From assembly GCF_009914755.1 (NCBI RefSeq), contig NC_060925.1: a DNA stretch of 64,000 bases; one strand, 5' to 3'. A program made the translations under genes and the position numbers. The notes under the pieces were generated by a model, which was not told the DNA's origin, searched no databases, and saw only the letters and a list, made by a program, of their open reading frames with translations. Origin of the DNA: the human T2T-CHM13v2.0 reference genome, Homo sapiens. Positions 32,427-48,597 of this stretch are shown here, piece after piece; position 1 is the stretch's first letter; each line of letters starts with the position of its first letter.

Positions 32427-35007
32427 AGACGGAGTCTTACTCTGTTGCTCAGGCTGGATGCAGTGGCGCAATCTCGGCTCACTGCAACCTCCACTCACTG
32501 TAACCTCTGCCTCCCGGGTTCAAGCAATTCTCCTGCCTCAGCCTCCCAAGGAGCTGGGATTACAGGCGTGTGCCACCACACCCAGCTAATTTTTTGGTAT
32601 TTTTAGTAGAGACGAGGTTTCACCATATTGGCCAGACTTGTCTTGAACTCCTGACCTTGTGATCCGCCTGCCTCGGCCTCCCAAAGTGCTGCGATTACAG
32701 GCGTGAGCCACTGTGCCCGGCCCTTTCTCTGTCTTTTAAAGGATCCATTCTCACTCTGCAAGTATGAAGTCCTTTACCTGGGGATCTGGAGTGCCTTCCC
32801 AGGGCCTGTGTGGTTGCCTTATACACATTAGACACAAAATTTAGGGTAGGGCTCACATTGACCAAACCTTTTCTGTTTAGGAAATGGAGTTTTCCCTGTG
32901 TATGAATGATTTCAATAGGCATTCAGTGAGACCTTTAAATCATGTTAAAGAGATACAATTGAGACTCAGGGTTGGGGAACACCCTGGAAACCCAACCCAG
33001 AATTGTAAAATATTCTTTTAAAAATTATTATTATGTAATAAACCAACATCAGTTCTTTCCAAAAGAATGGACCATAGTAGAATCTTAAACCAAATCAAAA
33101 TAATAATAATAAAAATGAAGAAGAAAAGAAATAGCTCTGGAAGTTGATAGCATTATTCTTAAACCATAATTTAGGGAAAAGCTGTAGTTGGCCAAGCTTT
33201 CAAATTTCACTTTATACAATTAGAGAAGGAAAGACTACATTTACATTATACTTCAGTTCAATAACTAGCACTAAGAATGGAGGAATTGTTCTTTACAGTT
33301 TTTGATTGTTTGATATTCTTCAGTTCAAGACAGGAAATTGGAAATTCACGTCTCAGCCATATCTGTAGCCTGATTTGAGTTTTGTAGGATGCGTGCTGAA
33401 ATCAGTCAAATACAAGGAACACTTCATTTCCCCAACTGCGTGTTATGATGGAAGGTTTGGGTCTGTTTGAGCTCTACCCTGAATCATGTCTCTAGCAGGA
33501 AACTACGTGGAAAGTTGGGAAGAATCAAGTTCATCTTAGTTAACAACCTGGGGAAAATGTCCTATTGAGAAAATTAAAGCCATACAATTCTAGAATTAGA
33601 TCTTCACATCATTCTATCTTAAAGATGAGGAACTGAGGCTTAGATAACTCATAGTAACTTGATGAAGTCATGTTTGGTTAGTATTTTAGAGCTTAATGAG
33701 CTTTCAAGGTGCTGTTCTTTTTCTGTTCCCTTTCCTTTAGTCGCTTTGGTCTGTGGGTGATCTGTTCCGGGGCCACCATCTCTAAAATACTGAAATTCCT
33801 ACAGTCCTCACTGAGGGAGGTGCAGAGGACAGGGAGCAACCATTTACCTCTCAATCCTGGGTATGCTTACCCAGTGACTTCTGTATAGCAGACACTCAAT
33901 ATATATTTTCTTTGTGAATAACTAGATTAGCAGAAAAAAACAACACCATAGGAAAGATTCTCTTTGAAGGACTCTTTGGAGATCATTTTTCACATCTGAT
34001 AATCTGCCTCCAGTTTCATTGTTTTGTGAATCGGGTTTTTTTAGATACATTTTGTCCTTTATTCTCAATTTACACTGTACAGATCGTTGTTCTGTAGATT
34101 GATTGGAACATTATTGAAGCTAATTAAAAAATTTAGAGAATTTAGCATTCTGATCAAAAAATTATTTAGATCAGAGTATGTGCTTTAGTTGGTACCATTC
34201 CCAAAGAAATCCTCAATGGGATCCACAGCCCTTCCTCCCTCCCCTCCCACCTCATTAGTTAATTTGGATCCCTGTTTATTTCACATTGACTCGCCAAATT
34301 TTAACAGGAAACAAACAGCCCTAGGGTATGTTTTCTGGATGCTTGGGCAATTCTTAGTCTGCTTCTGGATTTTTCCTGTCCGTTCTCCTCTTCCACTTCT
34401 TTTAAACCCGTTCTCCGGAGACTTGTTTACTGGGGTTGGAGAATCAGAAGCTTGGCCGGGGTGGTGTGAACCTAGTGCCCTCTTGTGGAATTTTGTGAGA
34501 ATGACAAACTCCCCCAAAGCTTGAGTGCTTTGAGTTTTTTCTTGAGTAGCCTTTAGTGGGAGGACCTTTCTGTTACATCTTAAATCTAGTAAGTTAATAA
34601 CATGCAGGCTTATTGCCTACACTGAATATTTGAAAGCTATTATGTTGGGGGGTATCACTTGATTACCAGAGGCTTATTGTTATAGAATTAAGCCTCATTA
34701 CAGGAAACAGGCAGCTAAGTGTTTGTGCTTTTTCATCACCTCCCATTAATGTGTAAGAGAGGTAAAGAGAAAAGGAAGGCTCCCAAAGAAAAGTAATTGA
34801 AAAAAGGCTAGGAACCAAGAGTAAAGGGGAAATGGCAAACTTTAGAAGCCTTGGTCAAAAACAAGTCTTATCCCCAGCTCTTGCTTTGGATCTGAGCCCA
34901 GAAATGTAAGACCCAGCCAGAAGTTGAGAGTCTGCCAGATTCTCACCCCCCGGGGGAGATGGGGGTCAGGGTAGGGGACAGAAAGTGTTGCATAAACCCA
35001 CTCCTAA

Positions 35008-35301
<294 letters not shown>

Positions 35302-35304
35302 TAG

Positions 35305-35595
<291 letters not shown>

Positions 35596-35689
35596 TGAGA
35601 CTTGGGCAAGTCAACCTGCTGGAGTCTCAGTTTTCTAGAGACTCCTTATAGAAACATTTGTGAGGATTAAAAACAATAACAGAGTCAAC

Positions 35690-35716
35690 TTCAGAAACAA
35701 GTTACTGGATTTTATT
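35690..35716 (-). terminator. TEDDM1: TEDDM1 poly(A) signal candidate
   Basis: AATAAA at 35711-35716 followed by GU/U-rich sequence. Alternative AATAAA hexamers at 35876-35881 and 36664-36669. Confidence 0.5.
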
Positions 35717-36851
35717 ATACCCCAAAACAAGGAAGAGAGTGGGTGCATTACTAAGGCAGTGACTCAGTGTTCAGGACTGTTGTTGTCACCCAGAGAGATT
35801 CACAAAACCTCCAACCTGTCCAGCAATACATTTAGAAGAAACAGGATTAGGGAAGACTCTGGAAGCAAAGAAGGCTTTATTAAACATAACCATGATCCAT
35901 AGCTGGAGTATACATAGGAAATTTGGTAACTTGGATAAGGCAAAGTCTTTTCCCTTTAGGAGCCTGTACTTTAGTGGGTGAGGAAGAACCTTCTGAAAGA
36001 AAATGATTTCAGCAGCAGTATAAAAGAAAGTGGGTCACCTGTATGAGCAAACTAACAAAGCAGATTTAATGTAAGTGCCCAAGAGTTCCAAAACAAGGGA
36101 ATCAGTAAGAGTTCTGGAGAAGGCCACCTTGGGGATACTTGGTGCGGTGTGGGGGTGGATGTAGGTTTATTCTGGGAATCGAATAACATGGTAAATATGT
36201 GACTGTAGGATGACTGGCTGTGATTTGCAAGGAAAAGAAATTTGCAAAGACCCAAGAATGGTATCTGCTAAATTGCATGTGCAAGGGTGGTCATGGTGAA
36301 AAGGAAAGTTTGGGCTAGAATAAGAGTAATAAAATGAGAAGTCAGGGAAGTACCAAGCATTTGAATGCTATAAAAATGCTATAGCAGTTGAATTCTATAC
36401 AAATTTAAATTATGGAAATTTGAAATGTTATTAAGTATTTAAAAAGTCTCACTTTATATGTAAAGTTTGAAATGAAGCCAATTCTTGAAAGCTGCGGAGA
36501 GAGAAGGAGGCAAAGCGAGCATAATTTCAGCCTGTATGAATTAATTATAAATTCTATCATGCTATTTCCACATGGTGGCACCACTTTGGTGAGCACGTAA
36601 AGTACCCACTTTTCTTTATCAAGATGAGATTTGAATGGGTCCAGTTTTGAGTTGTGAGAAGTCTTTATTCCCTCAGGTAAAAGGCAATCCCTTGTGCCTG
36701 ATGACGCTAATGACAGCATAACTGCTAGACTCTGTTCTCCTCCCTTCACAGCTCTTCCTTTTGTTGCATTCTCTTCCCCCAGTGGCTTTTCTTGCACACT
36801 AAGAAGAAGTGTTCTCCTCGTCCTTTTCCCTCCCTCCCGCAAATCCCATCA

Positions 36852-37134
<283 letters not shown>

Positions 37135-37236
37135 TCAAGGCCATTACCTTTACCAAGGAGGGTACCATGCTCGTGGCTGAGGAGCCAACAGGAGGAAGAT
37201 GAGGTGGACGATGTGCCAGCCACTGTAGGCCCTGTC

Positions 37237-38058
37237 TCAGGGGGAGCTCTTTGGAAGGAGGAGAGCCTGGTCCTCTTTCTCTGACTGCTCCACTTCCTGT
37301 AGCAACTTGTAGAGGGGTCCTGGAGTGCTTGCATAATATGGAGCTTCTTTGGGCCCAGTCAGCTTCAAGCTGGGTCTGAAACAATGATACCAAAAGGAAG
37401 AGAAGCCATAGATTCCCAACAGGAATGAGGCATTGATCATCACATGCCAGCAGAAGAAGGTGGTGACAAACATGATGTCACTGATGTCATCGTCCTGCCA
37501 TGGGTAGCCAGAGACGGGTCTGTATAGAATAAAGCCTGCCTGCATCAGCCAGGAGCCCATCATCAGAATCAGAAAGGTCTCCATCAGCTGGAGATGACAC
37601 ATGTTGGGAGCCCACAGCTCTGCAGTCAACACCAGCAACAGCAGGAACACCACCAAGATGAGCAGAGAATAAACGTGCAGCTCCACCCCTTCTGAATCTT
37701 TAACATGTGACACCATCAGCAGCAGGAGCTCGTAGATGATCAGGACCAGGGTACCTTTTTCTAGGCCCACACACCTCTGAGGCAGCACATTCTTGCTCAT
37801 GAAGTCCACACAGCCATTAAGAGTGAGGAGGATGAACATGGTGAGGTGCTGCCACTCTTTGGGGTACATGAACCTTGATGGCACTTGCTTCCTCATGAGC
37901 ACCATCCCGCCATCAAGACAGAGAACCACATAAAATGTTAAGAGGGAGCCAGTCACTATCTTTAGTAATCCTCCATAGGCTATTTTCCACAGCCTGGCAC
38001 ATCTTTGCTTATTCCTGGGAGAGCACAAAGGATACAGGAGACAACCTTTGAGTATCAT
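37237..38058 (-). CDS. TEDDM1: Transmembrane epididymal protein 1 (TMEM45 family), single coding exon, 273 aa
   Basis: ggcATG at 38058, MILKGCLLYP...LLLPKSSP. Multiple hydrophobic helices and TMEM45-type motifs (WQHLTMF, GSWLMQAGFILY, W-DD, FCWH). The ORF-track start at 38073 is a GTG. Confidence 0.93.
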   Translation of the reverse strand: MILKGCLLYPLCSPRNKQRCARLWKIAYGGLLKIVTGSLLTFYVVLCLDGGMVLMRKQVPSRFMYPKEWQHLTMFILLTLNGCVDFMSKNVLPQRCVGLEKGTLVLIIYELLLLMVSHVKDSEGVELHVYSLLILVVFLLLLVLTAELWAPNMCHLQLMETFLILMMGSWLMQAGFILYRPVSGYPWQDDDISDIMFVTTFFCWHVMINASFLLGIYGFSSFWYHCFRPSLKLTGPKEAPYYASTPGPLYKLLQEVEQSEKEDQALLLPKSSP

Positions 38059-38233
38059 GCCCTTGGAGACCACTGTGGCCTGATATAGTCCATAAGAGAA
38101 AAGAAATAGCCCCAGTTAAAAATGGCCAATGGACTTTCCCATGGAATACAGGCCTGTCCGACTGAAGCGTGAAGAGCAATACTCAGGACCTCTCTGCTCT
38201 CCTCTCCCTCACAGGCCTCTCGAGTTCTGGGCC

Positions 38234-38241
38234 TATATATA
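38234..38241 (-). promoter_or_regulatory. TEDDM1: TEDDM1 TATA box
   Basis: TATATATA about 90 nt upstream of the relic ATG (38142); typical of a tissue-specific promoter. Confidence 0.6.
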
Positions 38242-38618
38242 CAGAGCTAAGTTCTACCTACTTTTATCATCTCCTTCTGCCCACTGCTCTCTCACAGACT
38301 GGAAAGTTCTGGACAGGAGCCTAGGTTTTTAGTGAGGTGGGTCTCATTGTTCCATTTCATTCCAGTACACTGGGAACTAATTGAGTTCTGCCAAAGTAGA
38401 AACATAAATATTTTTTAGTATGCACCTGTGGGAATTTGTGCTCTCAGGAGCTCTGCTTTTGGACCCTTGAGGACCTTCTGGTTACACTTGTCCCTCTCTC
38501 TCATGGCTTGCTTCCTTCTGCCCCTGTTCAATGCTCGGAGTAGAAAAAGAGAGGTGCCTGAGCACGGAGATTATCCAGAGAAGACCCGGGTTACTCACAA
38601 ACCTTAATGCATCCTTTA

Positions 38619-38903
<285 letters not shown>

Positions 38904-39810
38904 TCAAAAAAAAAAAAGACTCCTTACTCATATGTTGGGTCATATACTGAGAGCAAATACATTCTTCCTAGACATAAAAGTTTATAAACGTTTGGATGTG
39001 TGCTCATATATATAGATACTGAGCTCTTGTCCTCTTCATTCTTCTGTAACAGTTTTTGGGGATCACAAAGAAAGCAGCTCAATTGCCCCAAATTATCTTT
39101 CCAAAGAACAGTAGATGAATGTAAAATGTCACCTTTTGAGATCAATTTTGGAATGTTAAGGTATAATTTTTTATTAAAATGCAGATATGTTGAGATAAGT
39201 AGATCCAACAAACTGCTTATATTTTAATGTGAATTAGGTCCTCAACTTTATTCTCTCTTTAATTATCATTTACTATGTGTCTAACACATATAGGCAGAAA
39301 GAGTTCTAAGCACTAGGTAGCAGCCAGCTGCATATGAGGGGTTGCATCCAAGGCAAGAGTCTTCATTTATTTATTTTTATTTCTATTTTTATTTTTATTT
39401 TTAGACAGTGTCTCGCTTTGTTGCCCAGGTTGCAGTGCAGTGGCTTGATGACGGCTCACTGCAGCCTCAACCTCCTGAGCTCAATCAATCCTCCTGCCTC
39501 AGCTGCTGAGTAGCTGGGACAACAGACATGAGCCACCACATCCAGCTATTTTTTGTAGAGATGAGGTCTCACTACATTGTCCATGCTGGGTCTCAAACTC
39601 CTGGGCTCAAGTGATCCACCCACCTCAGCCTCCCAAAGTACTGGGATTACAGGCGTGAGCCACCGTACCTGGCCCCATTTATTTATTTATTCATTATTTT
39701 TTATTTTTTAAAATGAAAGCACATTTATTAAGAAAAAAAGGAATAAAAGAATGGCTACTCTATAGGCAAAGCAGCCCCCATTTATTTTTTTTATAAAAAT
39801 TAATGTCTAT

Positions 39811-41730
<1,920 letters not shown>

Positions 41731-41756
41731 AGTGGGTGGTCAGGTGTGGTGGCTCA

Positions 41757-42235
<479 letters not shown>

Positions 42236-42659
42236 GCCATATATTTGGTAAGAGGCAAATTTCCAAAATATGTGAAAGTCTTCATTTAGAGGGTGTGGAG
42301 AACAAGGTACAGGGAATGTGAGGCATCCCTAGGCACACAAATATTTCTGGGTTTATTACAGAGGGTACATGGAATAGGAATTTCTCTGAGGGTGATAAGT
42401 GTGCTTAGGGGAGAGGAAGTTCATCATAGAACATAAACCGTGCTAACTTTGATCCTCCACATCTTGTATCATCTGTCCTCATGATACAAGCAATGCTGTA
42501 GGGCAAAGAGACAGCATCTGTGTGCTGACACCCCCAGTGGGGACAAGGAGAGTTTACACCTAGGTCACAGCACTGCCTCTGAGCTCTCTCTCCCATCCAA
42601 GTATGTCCCCACTTAATCCCATCTCATCCAAATATTTCTCACACTTACTTAATAAAATT

Positions 42660-43835
42660 ATGTGCTGCCTAATAATGGACCACATATTCAACCATGGTCC
42701 CATAAGATTATAATGGAGCTGAAAAATTTCTGTCATGTAGTGACATCATAGCTATCCAACATCATAGGTTAACACATTACTCACGTGTTTGTGGTGATGA
42801 AACCGTCCATATAAATTTTATAAATTTAATCAGGGAAGAAGGAAGGGGGAGAAATAAAAATAAACCAAGCTTGCGGCACATTCAGCATTAATCATTAGGT
42901 GAGCTTGCTCTCTGACCTGCTTCCTCATAGTTTTTTGCTGTCTATCACCCCAGAATCATGCAGAGCCTAGATTGTAGTTCTCCTTAACTGCTCTATAGGC
43001 AACAACTTGAGCATTGTGAAACATTACGTTTTTCATTTGAGATATTCTTTCAGGTCCTATATATCAGTGAAACTACTGATGTCAGCTAGTCCGAAAGACC
43101 CCACAAAGAACTGACTCACTAAAGAATTCAGTCTCAACATCCTGATGGTTTCATCGCCTTTACCCCAACCAATCAGTTACCTCAATTTTCCAGCCTCTTG
43201 CCCTCCATGATCCCCTTAAAACTTCAGCCCAAAATTCCTCAGGGAGATAGATTTGAGGGTTTCTCCTATCTCCTCACTCAGCTGCCTTGCAATCCTTAAA
43301 CTCTTTCTCTGCTGCAAACCCTGCTGTCTTGGCATATTGATCTGTTGCTGCACAGTGGGCAAATGAACCTGTTGGTCCTGTAACAGTAATGCTGGCATAA
43401 AAAAACCTACTGCACTGCCAGTCCTATAAAAGCATACAGTAATGTCCCAGGCCTTCACATTCACTCACCACTCACTGATTCACCCAGAACAACTTCCAGT
43501 CCTGCAAGCTCCATTCATGGTAAGTGCCTTATACAAGTATACTATTTTTCTTAATCTTTTATACCATATTTTTACTGTATATTTTCTATGTTTAGGTATG
43601 TTTAAATACATAAATACTTAGCATGTGTTACAATTGCTCACAGTATTCAGCACAGTAACATGCTGTACAGGTCTGTAGATTAGGAGCAATAGGCTATTCC
43701 TTTTAGCCTGGGTGTGTAGGAGGCTATACCATCTAGGCTTATGTAAGTACTCTCTAAGATGTTTGCACAATGATGAAGTCACCTAATGACACATTTCTCA
43801 GCACATATCCCCGTCATTAAGTGACACATGATTGT
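42660..43835 (-). mobile_element. Tigger3 (Golem)-derived DNA transposon, split by an LTR
   Basis: 43390-43835 is the reverse complement of the Tigger3 5' end (atttctcagcacatatccccgtcattaagtgacacatgattg-TA); 42660-42797 continues the element. Confidence 0.8.
42798..43385 (+). mobile_element. Solo ERV1-class (MER4-group-like) LTR, 588 bp
   Basis: TG...CA termini; 4-bp TSD gtga/gtaa; U5-like taaactctttctctgctgcaaaccctgctgtct. Subfamily not determined. Confidence 0.75.
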
Positions 43836-46800
43836 ATCAGGAAAATCCAATCTCTCTATACCCTGGTGGGTGGAGGCCACTTTTTGCCAGTGGGAGAATG
43901 GAGATTTGCATGTGAAAATACTGTAGGAAAGAGAGCATAAGATTGCTTTCCAGAGGGACTTGACTTCCTTATTCCATTTTAACTTCAACCTTTTTTTTAC
44001 ATATATACAAATGTGGCATATACTGGCTAGCAATTCATAGAATTTGTTTCTTTTTCTTCTTTTGTTTGCCATCCTTCCTTGCAGTTAGATGCAGGCTTAT
44101 AACTGAGTCCTAGCCAATGAAGTGTGAAGGAAGTGATATATATTACTTTCTGTTCTTACCCATAAAATCCTCCCTCACATACTTTTCTATGCTACTTTTC
44201 TTTCTTCTGGCTTAATACAGAATATCCCAGCCTAGTTAAAAGTCATATTTTGTTGAGGATGGAGGAGCTCCAAGGTATAAGGGACAGATTTCCTGGATTA
44301 CTCATTGTAGGAGGCTTATACGCAGATCATGAACACTCATTTTGGACTATGCATGAATATAAAAAGAAATTAACTTTTTTAAAATTAAGGAATGGAAATT
44401 ATTGCATTTGTTTGTTAGTGCAGCTAGTTCATCCAAGCTAATGCAAAGCTAATACATAACCCTTATAGAAAAATCTGGAAAAATACAGAAGCCAAAACTG
44501 AGAGAAAAAGAAACACTTGCAATCCCATAACCTGATGATAACCACTGTTGACATTTTGTTGTAGAAACCCAGCTTTAGGAAGACAGGGTGATGAAATGGA
44601 AAAAAAAGATTGACTGGAAATTAGGAGATCAGGGTTTTGGTCCCAGTTTTCTCTTAATTAGCAAAGCCTTTATTTCCGTTAGAGGAAGGAATGACTTCGA
44701 CATGTGTTTTCTAAATTGAGAGAGAGAACAGGGTTGTTGCATAGAAAGGGAGTATTTATTACCCCACAATTGTCTTCTTTTAGCTAGTGGTCAAAACATT
44801 CAGAAAACTTCAAAGAGCTGCATGCTTAGGGAGAGGAGGTACAAGGGAAGCTGTGGGTGTGACTTTGTGATGGAGCGGACCAGGGAGGAGAAATGGTTGG
44901 GATTCCCTTTGGTTCTTGCTTTTGCTCTGGGAAATCACTGAACTGCCCTGAGGAAAAGTGGCTCCTGGTGTAGTGAACTCCAATGCTCCTATAAGTGTTT
45001 ACCATCAGCAAAGAACCAGTGCCTGCTTCTGAGTAACCTAGTTCTACCTAGAATGGACTGCAGGCATGCAGGTGGGCTGAATTTGTTCACTAGTAATATT
45101 ACTTCTACTGCCTTTGGGGCAGTGGGTCTAGGGATGCAGTGGATGTGGGGGACAAACAAATACCATTCATCTTCTGGCTACCCTATTTAACTCCTGAAAA
45201 CTGGAACAGGGATGTCGACAGTCAGAGGAGGAGAAGGGCAGAAGTGTGCACTAGAACACCAGATGTTTGAGGCTGAAAATGATATGGATGCAGAATAAAT
45301 AGCCCCAAAATAACCTTCTATCTGTGGTGTCCCGTCCCCCTCCTTGGCCAGGCATCAAAGCTACATGTTGTTCATTTAAAACATGAACATCCTGATCCCA
45401 GGACTTTGAAGATAGGAATCACCCATCCCAAACCAGACACACTGCCCACAGTAGCTGAGAAAGAAGCCAAAGGTGGTGAATGATTAGCAGAACTGCAAGA
45501 CAGCTCCAGAATCTAAACACAGAGTACTGGGAAAGCTGTTTTGTGGGGGAAACTCAGACTGACCAAAAGAGCCGAGGAGGTCCTTTGTGGCCTGTCTGCT
45601 CCATGGTGAGTCTCCCCCAACGCCTGTCTCCCCAATGCACCATCCCACAGTCCCAAGGGGCCCCAGGCACAGCCTTTACCACTGTGTCTAGCATCATGAA
45701 ATGCTCCAGTGAGCAAGAAGGTCCTCAGGAATCCAGTAAATATGAATTTACTAATTGTGACGTAATCTTGTCCTCACAGAGCTTACAATATTGCTAAAAG
45801 TGTAGTACACATACTCACACACTACATATACAAACCTATATTAAAGAATTATTTAGAATTACAGAGTATCATGCTGAGTAATGTGTAGAATGCATTTTAG
45901 AGGATTTCAATAACAAGATTTGTTTGTGGGGTAGATACAAGTAATCATCTCTAGACATGTCATAGAAAACTGCCCGTTACTATGTTTTTACTATAAGATT
46001 CTTTCAAAATCACCTTTTTAATTTGTCCCACTTTGGTTGCTTAAATTTTCCTCACTGTGTTTGTCATCGTTAATGTTTGTAACTCATTTGATTTCATTAG
46101 GGAATAGCTCCAGGAGAGGGAAGACCAGCTGCCTTCATCAGGAACTCACAGGTGGCATTTCTATGGGGAATCAGCACAAGGTCAGAGTCCAGGCCTCATC
46201 TGTCCAGACTTTTTTCTTAATAGTTCAAACATGGGTGAGCTACTGTAGTAGCACAAACAGAGAAATGTTTTGTTTGCTACTCTAGAACCACCCTCCACCC
46301 TTACCCACCCTCTATGCCTCTGGAGGCTGTACTTTATGGATGGCAATAACAACCTTCTTCACATTCTGGCTTCTGGTTGGGTTTGTTAAAGGAAGGCACA
46401 GGAAGGAGGAAGGAGGGTGGTGAGCAGGAGGAGAGTGGGTCTGACGTATCCATTCCCAGGTAGCCTCTCTGCTGAGTGCAGAGATTGTTTACATCACCTA
46501 CAGAGGGCCCCAGCTCCAGCAGGAGGCCAGCTCCTACAGCTAGAGCTACCCCTCAGGTCTGGTCAGCTGCTTCCCTGTACCTAGGTGTGGTTAGTGGCTC
46601 TTTACTGTCGCTAACCCTTGGGTATGTTAGCTTTCCTGCCAACAGTGTTTTAAATGGCCCCTTTAGTTAACACTTAACAGTTTTACCCCTTTTGAGTGTG
46701 CAATTCTAGATCAATGATTGATAGAGTAACAGATATCAAGAGTGGCCCTGAAGATAGAATTCTGGGACTAGGTTGCTCTCACACTTGAGAAATTCATGGA

Positions 46801-46998
46801 TAACCTCCTTGCCAGGGAAAAGGAGACATTTCATTTCCAAGTTATGGTGGCATCGCAATTACACCATTATTGCATGGACTGAAGTGCAAGTGGAGGACAA
46901 GGGGTTGGGAGAGGAAGTGGCTTTGGCAAATTGGTAAGATGATGACAATAATGAGTATAAAAATTTTGGGTCAGCTAACTCCTTTTGGTGCCCTAGAG

Positions 46999-47216
46999 CT
47001 GTGCTGTCCAGTCTGGTAGCCACTAACCACATGTGGCTATTTACATTAAAATTAAGATTAATTAAAATTAAATGAAATTTAAAATTCAGTTCTTCAGTCA
47101 CACTAGCCACATTTCAAGTGCTCAAAAACTGCATATGGCTAGTGACTGCTATATTATAGGGCAGCATAGGTAGAGAACATTTTTATCCCTGCAGAAGGTT
47201 GTATTGGACAGTGCTG
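46999..47216 (-). mobile_element. MER3 (hAT-Charlie)
   Basis: ctgtgctgtcca...tggacagtgctg TIRs and the gccacatgtggcta core. Confidence 0.8.
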
Positions 47217-47512
47217 CCCAAGAGAGTGTACAGAGTGAAAAGAAAAATTGAAGGCCTTAAATACTCAATTCAGAAGATGGGTGGGAAATGAAAGCACTTT
47301 TATGCCATCTTTAAAGGAATCCCTTATTTCTTATAGTTTCATGGCAGATATGGCAAAGATGACATCAAATGCTGTATTGTATGGCTTGTACAGTGGCAGA
47401 ACCAATTAAATGCTTGCCCCTGCCAGTCTCTAAGACTAAGTTAAGGGCATTGGTGGGAGAAGGAGTGAGATCCTGAGATATGAGAGGGAGAAAAGGTGAG
47501 GCTGAAAACTTT

Positions 47513-47544
<32 letters not shown>

Positions 47545-47546
47545 GA

Positions 47547-47684
<138 letters not shown>

Positions 47685-48389
47685 TAGCTAATTTTTGTAT
47701 TTTTAGTAGAGACGGGGTTTCACCATGTTGGCCAGGCTGGTCTTGAACTCCTGACCTCAAGCAATCTGCCTGCCTCAGCCTCCCAAAATGCTAGGATTAT
47801 AGGTGTGAGCCACTGCGCCTGGGCAGGCTGAAAACTTTGAACTCCCCAATTCCATATGACCTCCTTTTTTGATTGAGGAAACTCCTCTTCCCACCAGAGA
47901 GGGCACCTTTCTCTGTATGGGCACGTTTCTCTGTATAAACACCTTTCAATCACTGCACCTGGGAGAATGCCATCCCCGTGGGATGCTGACCTCTGTAGGA
48001 TTCACTCCCACTTCTCTAAGTACCTCCAGGACCATAACAAGAGTAGGTCCAAGGTAAGGATGTACAAGACCTGGTCTGAGGTGGGAGAGGAAACTGATAC
48101 ACTACAATAATTATGAGACTTTACCAATCAGTTTTGGCCAGAGTTTGGGGAGCATGGCTATGAATGAATCCTAAAGCTATTTGACCATCTAAAGTAAAAT
48201 TGAAGAGCTGACTTAACCACATTCCTTGATATGAGTTTACTTCCCTGAGATTCTGAATTTAATATGTTGGCTTGAGCAAATAGAAGTAGTACATACAGTC
48301 TGCTAGGTTGGCCAGTTGAAACCTGGACTCAGTGGTGGCCTACAGTCAGTGGAATTGACATTTTGGAATGTCCCTGGCAAACATTAGAG

Positions 48390-48597
48390 AAGCACTGCCA
48401 AACAGAACTTTCTATTTCTACGATGGAATGTTCTGTAGCTTGTGCTGTCCAGCACAATAACTTCCAGCCACCTGTGGCTATTGAGTACTTAAAATGTGGC
48501 CAGAACAACTAAAACACTGAATTTTAAATTTTATTGTTACTTTAGTTAATTTAAATTTAGCACTTGGGGCTAGCAGCTACTGTATTGGATAGTGCCA
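48390..48597 (+). mobile_element. MER3 (hAT-Charlie), second copy in the opposite orientation
   Basis: agaactttct...tgctgtcca...gccacctgtggctattgagtacttaaaatgtggc. Confidence 0.7.
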
